A model generated the notes under the pieces. It saw only the letters and a program-made list of their open reading frames with translations. It was not told the DNA's origin and ran no database searches. DNA of 64,000 nt, from positions 64,001 to 128,000 of IMG/VR virus record IMGVR_UViG_3300014059_000005; one strand, 5' to 3'. The DNA is from a virus. Taxonomy: Duplodnaviria > Caudoviricetes. Made by a program: the position numbers and the translations under genes. Below are positions 47,974-56,633 of the stretch, piece by piece (the stretch's first letter is position 1; each line of letters opens with the position of its first letter).

Positions 47974-48867
47974 TTACACCTTGCGGTACTCCGTCAGTAA
48001 CTCGAAGGTCCCATCGGGCAGGGGGACCTTCTGATAGTCTCCAAACAGGTTGGGGGAGTCCTTCAGGAGCACCTCATAGACCCGGTTGAACAACTTGCGA
48101 ATCTCGGTCTCCGCGTCTCTGGAACACCGCAGTTCCAGAGCGTTGCGTGCCGCTCTGGCGTTCAGGGTAACGGAAATCTTGGTTTCCGTCGCGTTGGGAA
48201 GTACCGACCTTGCAGCCTGCCGGGCATGCTTGCGAACATCAGTGGGAAGAACTCTCACCGAACCGCAGACATCACAGAGGATCCTGTTACCATCGATCCG
48301 CCATTCGGTGGACTGGCATTGCTTGGGATTGCTAGCAGGGTTGACATTCCCAGGGCATGGTCCAACCAGGTTGTGGAGGATCCGATCCACCAGGGCCAGG
48401 TAGCAGTTGTGGGAGTGAGCAATAGCTGATTCCCAGATGTCGTGGAGTTCAGGATCGTTGGCGATGATGTCAGGCTCGACGTACTCGGCGATCGACTCAT
48501 CGACGTACCGCTGGGACAGCTGGGAGTAGGCCGCGTGGCGGTGACGGACCAGTTCGTGGGAGCAGGAGCGGGAGATGCCGGTGAAGAACAGGGTCCAAAC
48601 CGCATGCTCGGTGACAGACCCGTGCCCGGATTCCAGGATGTGCTGGAGGTATTCCCTGTTGGATTTCCTACCCCTCTGGTAGGAAAAATAACAAAGGCGT
48701 CCCGACATCTCCACCAGTTCCTCGCCGGGGGACCCCGCGTCCTCCTGGGGCCGGCGGAAGGAGTCGGGGTCCCTCCCCAGTTCCTCCGCACAGAAGTCCG
48801 TCCATCCCTGGGCGTCGAAGACCTGCTTGCCGATCAGATAGACCCTGGGCTCACGAATGACCTTCAT
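47974..48867 (-). CDS. thyX: Flavin-dependent thymidylate synthase
   Basis: 'GRLCY.S', 'GH.SV.EH', 'SR..SHELVRHR...YSQLSQRYV', 'AR.VLPNATET'. Confidence 0.95.
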   Translation of the reverse strand: MKVIREPRVYLIGKQVFDAQGWTDFCAEELGRDPDSFRRPQEDAGSPGEELVEMSGRLCYFSYQRGRKSNREYLQHILESGHGSVTEHAVWTLFFTGISRSCSHELVRHRHAAYSQLSQRYVDESIAEYVEPDIIANDPELHDIWESAIAHSHNCYLALVDRILHNLVGPCPGNVNPASNPKQCQSTEWRIDGNRILCDVCGSVRVLPTDVRKHARQAARSVLPNATETKISVTLNARAARNALELRCSRDAETEIRKLFNRVYEVLLKDSPNLFGDYQKVPLPDGTFELLTEYRKV

Positions 48868-48903
48868 GTGGACTCCGTTGTCTGAAATGGTATCTGGTGG
48901 CTT

Positions 48904-49665
48904 TCAGAGAACCTTGGCCGGGGCCTCATTGTTGTCAATTTCTGGTTTGGTACGCGGTGGGTAGACCTGGGACAGAAAGTAGCGTTGCATGCTACCGATC
49001 TCCAGGCATACACCAATGAGTTCCAATCCGACCTGAGACACCTCATGGCGAACAGGAATGACAGTAAGGTCCTTGGCCACGAGGGACTCATGGTGATAAT
49101 AGAACTTCATCGGAGTTACGCCACCAGTCATCCAGTGCCGCAATAGTTTCTCCCGGAAGTCCTTGACTCGAATCCTGTAGCGTTCGTGCCGACACTCGTA
49201 CTCCCATCTGTCTCGCGAGGTCTCCAGTCCCCGCACCTTGGCTTCCAGAGCTTCGATCTTGGCTGGATCTCCACCCTTACGGGACTTCTCGAATGCCTCG
49301 CGGAGACCATCCAGGGCCGTGACGAAACTGGAATCGAAATCCGAGGATGTGGAGAGTTCCTTCAGACCGCACTCGGGAACCGGCATCGGGGTCTGTTCGG
49401 TCTTCTCTCCTTGTTTCTCCAGGTGCTCCCAGAGCCTGGGCCAGTATTCCAGGTTCTCCTTACGACACAGGTAGCCGATGCTCTTGATATTGTCCGTGTT
49501 CATGGAGACATCGGTGTTGATGGTACTGGCCACGCCTCGGGGGCAGTTCTGGAGAAACTTACCGTCCCCGATCAGAACGATGAAGTCCCGCCCATCGATC
49601 CACCGCACCATGTAGAGCCCCGGACGCAAACGCCTTACCTTTTCGGAGTCCATAACGAAGTCCAT
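48904..49665 (-). CDS. Hypothetical protein
   Basis: GGAGG RBS; 253 aa. Confidence 0.55.
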   Translation of the reverse strand: MDFVMDSEKVRRLRPGLYMVRWIDGRDFIVLIGDGKFLQNCPRGVASTINTDVSMNTDNIKSIGYLCRKENLEYWPRLWEHLEKQGEKTEQTPMPVPECGLKELSTSSDFDSSFVTALDGLREAFEKSRKGGDPAKIEALEAKVRGLETSRDRWEYECRHERYRIRVKDFREKLLRHWMTGGVTPMKFYYHHESLVAKDLTVIPVRHEVSQVGLELIGVCLEIGSMQRYFLSQVYPPRTKPEIDNNEAPAKVL

Positions 49666-49935
49666 AGCGCCCTCCGACTACTGTTTACCACCAAGGGTAT
49701 ATGCCACCACCGCGTAGAGACACAAAACCAGGATCGCCGCCAGGACTGCGTGCAGTCCTTCTACCCACAAGGACTCCGCATGGGGTGTCCATTCCGGATC
49801 CCACTCAGCATCGATTCTTACCACCATGCGATCTCCCTCGTGGTGTTCCTCATGGTGTCCCTTTCGAGTGGACTCGACGTGATCCAGACACCTATCACCG
49901 CAACGCCCGTTCGTGTTGTCTTTGCACATGATGGG

Positions 49936-49963
49936 AGTATGCACTCTGAATCGGATTTGTCAA
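49936..49963 (-). promoter_or_regulatory. Conserved promoter P3
   Basis: TTGACA-N16-CATACT. Confidence 0.6.
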
Positions 49964-49986
49964 ACGGAAATCTTTGGAAAGTATGA

Positions 49987-51201
49987 CTAGACCAGGCCCA
50001 GTTGATGCATCTGATGACTGCAAATCTTGTGCTCCAGCAGAGAATCCAGACCACAGTAGAGCAACAGGGGCTCCCAGCCATGACGCCGAACGAAGTCCCG
50101 TAGTCTGTTGGCGGTGTTGCCGCCGCTGGCCTTCATGTAGGGCTTGACGGTATGGTCATAGGCGTCCATCCCCAGAAGGGCGAATGCCTGGAATTTGAGC
50201 CCCGTAACCCCCTGGCGATTATCCAGAATGTGGGCGGCGATCATACCATCGAGCCCGGCGTCCCAGTTGTTCACCTCTACCCCGTAGAGGGTACGAACCC
50301 AGGTGGTCTCGAACTTGATATTATAACCTAGTTTGGGAGTATTCGACTCCAGAAAGTCCAGAGTAGCCTCCTGGGTCTTCCTGGTCCAGGGGTAGGCTAT
50401 GGACTCCCTACCGTCACTGAGTGAACAACAGAGGATCTCGGCGTCCCTGGGGTAGGGTTTGAGCATGTTGGTTTCCAGATCCCACGCCACTGGACGGGAT
50501 CCGATCATACTATGGATGCACGAGACGGCCTCCCCATCATCCAGAATCGTCCGGACCCGCTTGCGGTAGTCGGGGACGGTCTGGTAGGGGGGAGATCCCA
50601 CCAGGGCGATGGCGTCGGCCAGGACATCCTGGAACACCGACAGATAGGGATCTGGCCCACCATTTCTGGGCTCGTTGCGAAGGACATGAGCGGGGTGAAA
50701 GTTGGGTACGATCCAGCAGTTGAGTTGTTGATGGGGGATAGTCCAGCCTACCCACTTGTTGATACCTCCTGGGTCCTCCTTCCAGACCCAGCCAAGGACG
50801 CTGCGGACGGCAGCACCGCCCAGGAGGATCATGACCTCGGGTTTCAGTTCCCGAACCTTCTGGACGACCAGGGGACGGCAGTAATCGACTGCTTTCTCGG
50901 GGAGTAGGTTACGTGGAGGGTGACAGGATAGAGCATTGGTGATCCAGCAATCCTGACGCATGTCGATACCGAGACGGAGAAGGGTCCTGGCCAGAAGGTC
51001 TCCGGATCGACCACAGAAGGGCCTGCCCTGGAGATCCTCGTTGTCGCCAGGTGCCTCACCAACGATGAGGATTTTCTTCTGGCCCTTGCCCGAGAGCGGC
51101 ATCTTGGGAGTGCGACATTGCTTGAGAAGACCACACTTGCCACAGTTGGGGAGCAGGGGGATTTCGATCCGTTTGTGATCGCTGACACCAAAGAATCCCA
51201 T
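49987..51201 (-). CDS. Family-4 uracil-DNA glycosylase-like domain fused to a DnaQ-like 3'-5' exonuclease (polymerase N-terminal subunit)
   Basis: 'C..C.L', 'VGEAPG..ED..G.PF.G.SG..L', 'N...C.PP.N', 'HPA'; Exo I 'DLET', Exo II 'N..FE', Exo III 'YCGLD'. Confidence 0.88.
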   Translation of the reverse strand: MGFFGVSDHKRIEIPLLPNCGKCGLLKQCRTPKMPLSGKGQKKILIVGEAPGDNEDLQGRPFCGRSGDLLARTLLRLGIDMRQDCWITNALSCHPPRNLLPEKAVDYCRPLVVQKVRELKPEVMILLGGAAVRSVLGWVWKEDPGGINKWVGWTIPHQQLNCWIVPNFHPAHVLRNEPRNGGPDPYLSVFQDVLADAIALVGSPPYQTVPDYRKRVRTILDDGEAVSCIHSMIGSRPVAWDLETNMLKPYPRDAEILCCSLSDGRESIAYPWTRKTQEATLDFLESNTPKLGYNIKFETTWVRTLYGVEVNNWDAGLDGMIAAHILDNRQGVTGLKFQAFALLGMDAYDHTVKPYMKASGGNTANRLRDFVRRHGWEPLLLYCGLDSLLEHKICSHQMHQLGLV

Positions 51202-51204
51202 ATG

Positions 51205-51396
51205 TCACCGTGCTGGGGAATTCATTGGAGATTTTCGCAGAGCGATACGGAAGCCCAGGAGGCTGTACCGGAACGACGGCCCGCTCTTGTCGCGGTACGC
51301 CGACCGGCAGTCCCGGCCGAGGCTGCGCCAGCCACCGTTCCGGACCACCCGGTCGGAGCCCCGAATAATCGGTCCAGGTTTAGCAATCAGGATCAT
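51205..51396 (-). CDS. Mini-cassette C27
   Basis: MILIAKPGPIIRGSDRVVRNGGWRSLGRDCRSAYRDKSGPSFRYSLLGFRIALRK. Confidence 0.85.
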   Translation of the reverse strand: MILIAKPGPIIRGSDRVVRNGGWRSLGRDCRSAYRDKSGPSFRYSLLGFRIALRKSPMNSPAR

Positions 51397-51566
51397 TTGT
51401 CTCTCTTTCTGAGGATTACCCGGAAGCCATCATAATACTCTCCACTCCTTGGCCTCTCCCCGTAGCGATTACTAGAGCGAGTGTTGCCACCACCACGCCA
51501 GCCCGTACTCCGAAGCACACGGGTGGTTCCCTGCAAGATCAGTCGAGGCCTGACTATCAGTATCAT
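51393..51566 (-). CDS. Mini-cassette C28
   Basis: MILIVRPRLILQGTTRVLRSTGWRGGGNTRSSNRYGERPRSGEYYDGFRVILRKRDK. Confidence 0.8.
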   Translation of the reverse strand: MILIVRPRLILQGTTRVLRSTGWRGGGNTRSSNRYGERPRSGEYYDGFRVILRKRDK

Positions 51567-51696
51567 GATGCACTCCTGGGAGATAATGCCCCGCTTCACC
51601 TACGGGGCGTGAGGAGGAGAACTGATAGATGGGTCGTTACTCCCTCGGTCCTCCAAGTCACAGGCCCTTGTCGATGACCCGTAATCTCACTATGGA

Positions 51697-52803
51697 TCAC
51701 TCCAGGCTCACGGGTTCCAGACAGCAGACGAATCGATATCGACCGGCGTCCACCCACAGGTGAGTCTCCGAGGCGGTACACTCCGAGTAGTTCTCGACCA
51801 GATCCTTGAGGATCTGAGGGTCGATCATGAACTCGATCTCGGGACCTTCGTAGCGGACCTTGACCGGCTCGACATAGGTCCCAGCGGGTCCCTCCCCGAT
51901 GATTCTGACCTTGTTGTCCGCCAGTCGGACTCGAATCAAGACGTTATCGTCTTCGTCTCCCTCCACGACCTCCTCTGCCCGTGTGATGACATCGGTCAGT
52001 CCCTTGGGCAGAGTGACGGTCTGTCCGTCCTTGTGGCTCAGGAAGGGCTCCAGATCGTCGTAGATACCATCATCCAGGTAACGGCAGGACATGATCAGTC
52101 CTACCCGGTTGCGCAAATGGATCCAGGACTCGGTGACGGAGAACTCGGTCATGCCCAGATGAACCGCTCCCCGGATCGCCTTGTTGCGAACCAGGATCGA
52201 CCTATCCAGTCCTGTCTTCAGTTCCCAGCGACACAATTGGATATCATCACAGGCCTCGATCCAATCGGGGCAGATATGAACCGAAGTCCTCCTGGGGTCC
52301 TCGTCGTCCTCCTTGGTACACTGGCCTGCAGTCTTGAGGGCATCCGCGAAGTCCTCGTGTAGCGGGGACCAGTCCCCTGTGGTGTCCACGGCATCCAGAG
52401 GTAGGGATATCTTGTTTTCGACATTGGCCAGGTATCGCATTCCCTTGCCCTTGAAAACGAGTACACCCTCTTTCGCCTCGACGGTGATCTCCTCGTCGTC
52501 GATCTTGCCCAGGATATTGCGCAGAGGGTCGGCCTTGACCGCCCCCACGAAGCCCTCTGGGAGCCCCTGGACGGGCATCCGGCAGCAGGTGTCCTGGTTG
52601 AACGTATAGACCCAGCCATCCTTGAAGACGTAGCAGTCGGTCTGTTCCAGGACATCGGTACGGGAGATTCCCGGGTGGACGGAGTCCAGGGTCTGGACGA
52701 AAGCGTCTCTCTGGAGACCGTGGACTCGGGATTTTGCAGATTTTGCTGGGCGTGACTTCGGGGATGTACTGGTGGATGTACTGGTGGATGTACTGGTAGA
52801 CAT
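51697..52803 (-). CDS. Sliding clamp (DnaN-like)
   Basis: Acidic ~350 aa; N-terminal 'L..V.PGI.....LE...YVF', 'ACD...L'; a clamp loader is also present. Confidence 0.65.
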   Translation of the reverse strand: MSTSTSTSTSTSTSPKSRPAKSAKSRVHGLQRDAFVQTLDSVHPGISRTDVLEQTDCYVFKDGWVYTFNQDTCCRMPVQGLPEGFVGAVKADPLRNILGKIDDEEITVEAKEGVLVFKGKGMRYLANVENKISLPLDAVDTTGDWSPLHEDFADALKTAGQCTKEDDEDPRRTSVHICPDWIEACDDIQLCRWELKTGLDRSILVRNKAIRGAVHLGMTEFSVTESWIHLRNRVGLIMSCRYLDDGIYDDLEPFLSHKDGQTVTLPKGLTDVITRAEEVVEGDEDDNVLIRVRLADNKVRIIGEGPAGTYVEPVKVRYEGPEIEFMIDPQILKDLVENYSECTASETHLWVDAGRYRFVCCLEPVSLE

Positions 52804-52931
52804 GGGTGTTCTCTCGCCTGGTCTGGGTCCATCGAGAATGAATCAGGGTACAAAAGATGAGAGGGGTATGCACGACACACCCCTCCCATCCCACACCACA
52901 GGCATCCGAGAACGCCTGTATCCTAGCAGGA

Positions 52932-54509
52932 TCAGAGCACCTCGGGAAGGGCCTTATCTGGTTTGTACTGATTGGTCTTGATCACCAGTTCCTTGTCGTT
53001 GTCGCGGTAGGCGTTCCATGCCTGGATACAGCGGTACATGACCTCGTTCTCGCTAACGCGGGATTTGCCCTCACGGGCACCGACCTTGTTCTCCCCCAAC
53101 CAGCGGAACAGTACCCGCACCGGGGAGTGCGTTGGGTCCTCGGAGTCGTTACAGACCTTGCCCCAGAAGGCGGTTGCCACCTCGGGATCCTTGGCCCATG
53201 TCCGGTGCATGGCGGCGATCACGGCCATACGCAGGACGTGCTTCTTGGGGTTGTCCTTGCTCGTCACCGTCAGCATGTTCTTGACCCAGGCGACGAAGCC
53301 GTGGGACTCCAGGAGCAGGGTGGCCTGGACCTGGGTGGGCACCCGGCGATACTTGGCACCCCACTTCTCGAAGGCCAGCCCCGCCGTGACCGTGGACAGC
53401 TGTCGGGGGGTCAGCGACGACGCTTCGGTATCGATGCCGGCATAGCCCCGGAGGACGTCACCCTTGGTTCTGGCGGCATCCTTGTTGTCCATGAGGCTGA
53501 ACAACCCGGCGGCGTCCTTCATGGTCTTGGTACGGAACTTGCGCACCGTGACCGTGATATCGGGGATGTTCTCACGGGCCTCCAGGAGTTCCGACAGGAC
53601 CAGCGAGGTGTGCTTGCCGTTGATCCGATAGGTCTTGCCGGTCTCCTCGACGTCACACAGGGACCACTCAGCGCCGTAGAACCGGCCCTCACGGATCTCG
53701 GTCCGTAGTTTCTCCTTGCGGGTCTCGGAGATATGACGGTCCTGGGGGAACCACTCGGCATCCCGGACCATCTTGGCCAGGGCCAGGGTTACTTTCAGGC
53801 ACTTGGGCTTCTCGGGCTCCTCGAAGGTGAAGTCCGGAGTCGGAGAGGGTTCTCGTTCCTTGCGGGGACGGCCACGAGTGGTTTCCTCTTCGGGAACATT
53901 ACCCTGGGCGTCGGGGACCCAGTCGGAGCCGTGGGCATGAGTACCATTGGTCCCATTCTGGGCACTGGTGTTCCCACCCCTGGCACCCTTCTTTGCCACG
54001 ATGACGATCTGATCGCCCTTCTCGTTGGCAATCAGGATCTCATCGAACAGTCTCTGGTCGTCGGTATCGGTCGGGGGTTGGATCTTGTCCTCCTCGACCC
54101 AGGTGGGCAGATCCCTGACGGCATCTTCGACCTGATTCAGGTTCCAGGAGTCGGCATCATCATAACCCAGGGCCTTGAAAAGTCCCTGGATCCTGTTCTT
54201 GTCTAGCTTGACGTGCATTGGTTTTTCCTTTTCGCGGTCCGCATGACCTTCATGCGGTTTGTTGCCCTCGGATTCTACGCTCGGAGGGCTTCCAGACAAC
54301 ACGGAGTCACCATTTTTTTCTACGAGTTTTCGGAAGAACTCCATGCAGGCAGTTCTACCGCCTCGGGCGATGGGGCTTCCATCCTTGAGGAGAGTGCAGG
54401 TCTCGTGCTCTTTCCCCCTTAGTCGATAAACACTACCTTTGTACTCCGCTACCAGATCGTCCTGGTGTTCCTGCCAGCTAACTCTGATTCCAGTTCCACT
54501 AACGGTCAT
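52932..54509 (-). CDS. ParB/DGQHR-like domain protein (alternative start 54218)
   Basis: 'QDR.IS......L...I..G.F', 'INGKHT' (DGQH-like), 'D....RT..D'. Confidence 0.55.
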   Translation of the reverse strand: MTVSGTGIRVSWQEHQDDLVAEYKGSVYRLRGKEHETCTLLKDGSPIARGGRTACMEFFRKLVEKNGDSVLSGSPPSVESEGNKPHEGHADREKEKPMHVKLDKNRIQGLFKALGYDDADSWNLNQVEDAVRDLPTWVEEDKIQPPTDTDDQRLFDEILIANEKGDQIVIVAKKGARGGNTSAQNGTNGTHAHGSDWVPDAQGNVPEEETTRGRPRKEREPSPTPDFTFEEPEKPKCLKVTLALAKMVRDAEWFPQDRHISETRKEKLRTEIREGRFYGAEWSLCDVEETGKTYRINGKHTSLVLSELLEARENIPDITVTVRKFRTKTMKDAAGLFSLMDNKDAARTKGDVLRGYAGIDTEASSLTPRQLSTVTAGLAFEKWGAKYRRVPTQVQATLLLESHGFVAWVKNMLTVTSKDNPKKHVLRMAVIAAMHRTWAKDPEVATAFWGKVCNDSEDPTHSPVRVLFRWLGENKVGAREGKSRVSENEVMYRCIQAWNAYRDNDKELVIKTNQYKPDKALPEVL

Positions 54510-54554
54510 ACCTGGTTTCTCGAATCCTGGGCAAGTGTAATAGCCAACGCAACA

Positions 54555-54582
54555 ACTATGCCACACTTTTTGGGGAAGTCAA
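54555..54582 (-). promoter_or_regulatory. Conserved promoter P4
   Basis: TTGACT-N16-CATAGT. Confidence 0.65.
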
Positions 54583-54611
54583 ATTCCTCGTTGTAAGTAT
54601 TTCTAGAATAC

Positions 54612-54875
54612 TTAGGTGTCCGTATCTCCACTATCTACATATCCGCTACCGCAAGTGGATTTACTTATTCTCATGTGGTTGTAGGATCTATGGCAAGTAT
54701 ATTGGGAGTCCTGGACGCTGGACTTCCAGGTAAAACTCCCTTCGACGCCAAGCGAGTAGGAGCACATGGTCCAATAATCGTCATCAGAGTAGCATATCGA
54801 ATCCGAATCCAGAGCATCCTTGTGTATATAGGTGCTCCTACCCATCGAACTCCTTGGATTGTGAAAGCGTTTCAT
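54612..54875 (-). CDS. 'MKRF' family mini-protein 7
   Basis: MKRFHNPR...; Ser/Asp/Cys/Tyr-rich. Confidence 0.65.
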   Translation of the reverse strand: MKRFHNPRSSMGRSTYIHKDALDSDSICYSDDDYWTMCSYSLGVEGSFTWKSSVQDSQYTCHRSYNHMRISKSTCGSGYVDSGDTDT

Positions 54876-54883
54876 GGGATCTC

Positions 54884-55315
54884 TCAGTTCTGGAGCATCC
54901 GCTGGTCGATCGCTCGCTGAACCTCTTCCAGGATCAGAGGAAAGAGCACTTCTCTGGGGGTTTCGTCCCAGAAGTTCAGAAGCCAGCGGACCCCAGCGGG
55001 TTCCCCGATCCTCTGATCGATCTCATAGCACTTCCTGGCGAAGAATTCCTCAGTTTCTCCCACGGTCTGGAGACCATCCCCTTGCCAGCCAGCATAGCCT
55101 ACCAGGCAGGCGCACTCGACAGGCCAGTCCTGGGTACACATGAGGGGTGGAGGAGTCGTCGTCGCCCCCTGAAGGAGCCTGGGGTCGTTCATGGTCAGGC
55201 CCATCTTCAGAGCGATCAGGTGATCGGTACTGAAGGACGGAACCAGACCATCTCGGAACACCTTGCGCCATGCCTGAATAGGCTCTTGGGTAGGGTTGGT
55301 GTTATTAGTGGTCAT
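54884..55315 (-). CDS. Gemmataceae-type conserved protein
   Basis: 'WR.V.RDG..P', 'DPRL.QG.TT.PPPLMC.QDWPVE.AC..G..GW', 'TVGE.EEFFAR', recalled from Gemmata proteins. Confidence 0.65.
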   Translation of the reverse strand: MTTNNTNPTQEPIQAWRKVFRDGLVPSFSTDHLIALKMGLTMNDPRLLQGATTTPPPLMCTQDWPVECACLVGYAGWQGDGLQTVGETEEFFARKCYEIDQRIGEPAGVRWLLNFWDETPREVLFPLILEEVQRAIDQRMLQN

Positions 55316-55351
55316 AGTAATCTCTGTGGTGTGTTGGTTTCGGAACACCCA

Positions 55352-55379
55352 ACTATTGCACAGATTTTCTGAAAGTCAA
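55352..55379 (-). promoter_or_regulatory. Conserved promoter P5
   Basis: TTGACT-N16-AATAGT. Confidence 0.6.
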
Positions 55380-55397
55380 ATCGGCCATGCTAATTTT

Positions 55398-55685
55398 CTA
55401 GTAGTAGCATGTGGAGCAATTAGTAACGCATTCGTCCATACTAGACAACAACGACGACGTACAGATTCCATATATGCCAATTCCGTTGTACCCAGAAAAC
55501 CCATCCGCCGTGTCAGGAGCAGTTCCCATCATGGACATGGTGTCCATGCAATGTCCCATTTCGGATACGATGTCTCCAGATCCAGACCTGGACAGGCACT
55601 CCGGGGTGCCGGCTTCGTCCATGAAGTCGCCATTGGAAGGCTCGTCGCTGCGGAGCCAGTAGTTCAGACGAAAGCGTTTCATCAC
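55398..55685 (-). CDS. 'MKRF' family mini-protein 6
   Basis: MMKRFRLNYW...; Ser/Gly/Cys-rich. Confidence 0.65.
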   Translation of the reverse strand: MMKRFRLNYWLRSDEPSNGDFMDEAGTPECLSRSGSGDIVSEMGHCMDTMSMMGTAPDTADGFSGYNGIGIYGICTSSLLSSMDECVTNCSTCYY

Positions 55686-56083
55686 CCGCCCCCGGTCTCA
55701 TGCTGCAAGGCATTGTCGTCCCCGGACCATTGACCGCTCAGGCAATCCATCCTGGAAATCATAATGGAGTGCTCCTGCCAGGATTGGGAACCAGAGAAGT
55801 AAATCCCCCGAACAGAGACAGAATTATCATCACCCGAGGCCGACCATGAGCTATTCACTGCAGGCCTTCCCATGTCGTCGTCCATACACGAAGCATAATA
55901 GCCCGTGCGGGTAAGGGTGAACCTTCTGGCTATCGTATGAAAGCGTTTCATGGCATTTTCCGATAATATTTCATAATTGGGTTCTGGCGTCGTTGTAATC
56001 GTCCCCTGACAAGGACTGTGATATCCGTACAGCTGGACTCCCAGGTTGGCTCTGTAGCCGTAGGGGACACGGAATCGTTTCAT
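55682..56083 (-). CDS. 'MKRF' family units 4+5 in one frame (second MKRF at 55951)
   Basis: MKRFRVPY... and internal MKRFHTIA... Confidence 0.65.
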   Translation of the reverse strand: MKRFRVPYGYRANLGVQLYGYHSPCQGTITTTPEPNYEILSENAMKRFHTIARRFTLTRTGYYASCMDDDMGRPAVNSSWSASGDDNSVSVRGIYFSGSQSWQEHSIMISRMDCLSGQWSGDDNALQHETGGG

Positions 56084-56325
56084 ATTTCTTCCCCTATACC
56101 ATAGTAAAACGACTCCCGGACATGGTCGATCGAGGACACCGTTCCCAGGGCCTCGTCCGTTCCACTGGCATTGACACTGCGACTTCCAGTACCCAGAGTA
56201 TCCGAGCAGGCTGATACCTTGGGGCGTTTCTCGCCATCGTTACTGCTGTAGCAGTAGACGGATCCGCTCTGAAAGGCACTTCCAGGACACTGCCTGCGTC
56301 CTGGAAAGATACGGAAGCGTTTCAT
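56080..56325 (-). CDS. 'MKRF' family mini-protein 3
   Basis: MKRFRIFP...; GAGG RBS. Confidence 0.65.
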   Translation of the reverse strand: MKRFRIFPGRRQCPGSAFQSGSVYCYSSNDGEKRPKVSACSDTLGTGSRSVNASGTDEALGTVSSIDHVRESFYYGIGEEI

Positions 56326-56333
56326 GAAACCCT

Positions 56334-56633
56334 CTAGTCGTAATCATCATCATCATCGCAGCAGTAGGAACTATTGGTAGTATCCCCCGGCCCCGATGCC
56401 AGATATGATGTTGCGGTCTGGGTAGCGTAATCTAGGGTCATTGGACCGGACTTCGTATGACTATAGTGATCGGAATCGTGCAACCCATACCCCAGATGGG
56501 ACATGACTCCATTGTAGAAATCATCAGAAGTCGAGGATCTTGCCCTTGGGTAGGCTTGACACCTTCGCCCACTTTCTAGGAAACTCTTCTGGAACTGCTG
56601 CTCCTTGGGAATGCTGGAATTGAATCGCTTCAT
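56334..56633 (-). CDS. 'MKRF' family mini-protein 2
   Basis: MKRFNSSI...CCDDDDDYD; GGAGG RBS. Confidence 0.65.
   Translation of the reverse strand: MKRFNSSIPKEQQFQKSFLESGRRCQAYPRARSSTSDDFYNGVMSHLGYGLHDSDHYSHTKSGPMTLDYATQTATSYLASGPGDTTNSSYCCDDDDDYD

Noticed and set aside
23868-51566. A complete DGR (RT + template repeat) inside the window
   Set aside because: No RT motifs in any ORF and no copy with AAC at all variable codons; C21 is closest but is itself substituted.
23868-51566. Cassettes as RiPP precursors
   Set aside because: Conservation is spread over the whole peptide and matches the FGE/CLec C-terminus rather than a leader/core layout.
52762-52800. 12-bp tandem repeats (also about 27335-27380 and 47325-47355)
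   Set aside because: Simple slippage repeats coding low-complexity N-termini such as STSTST; no further structure.
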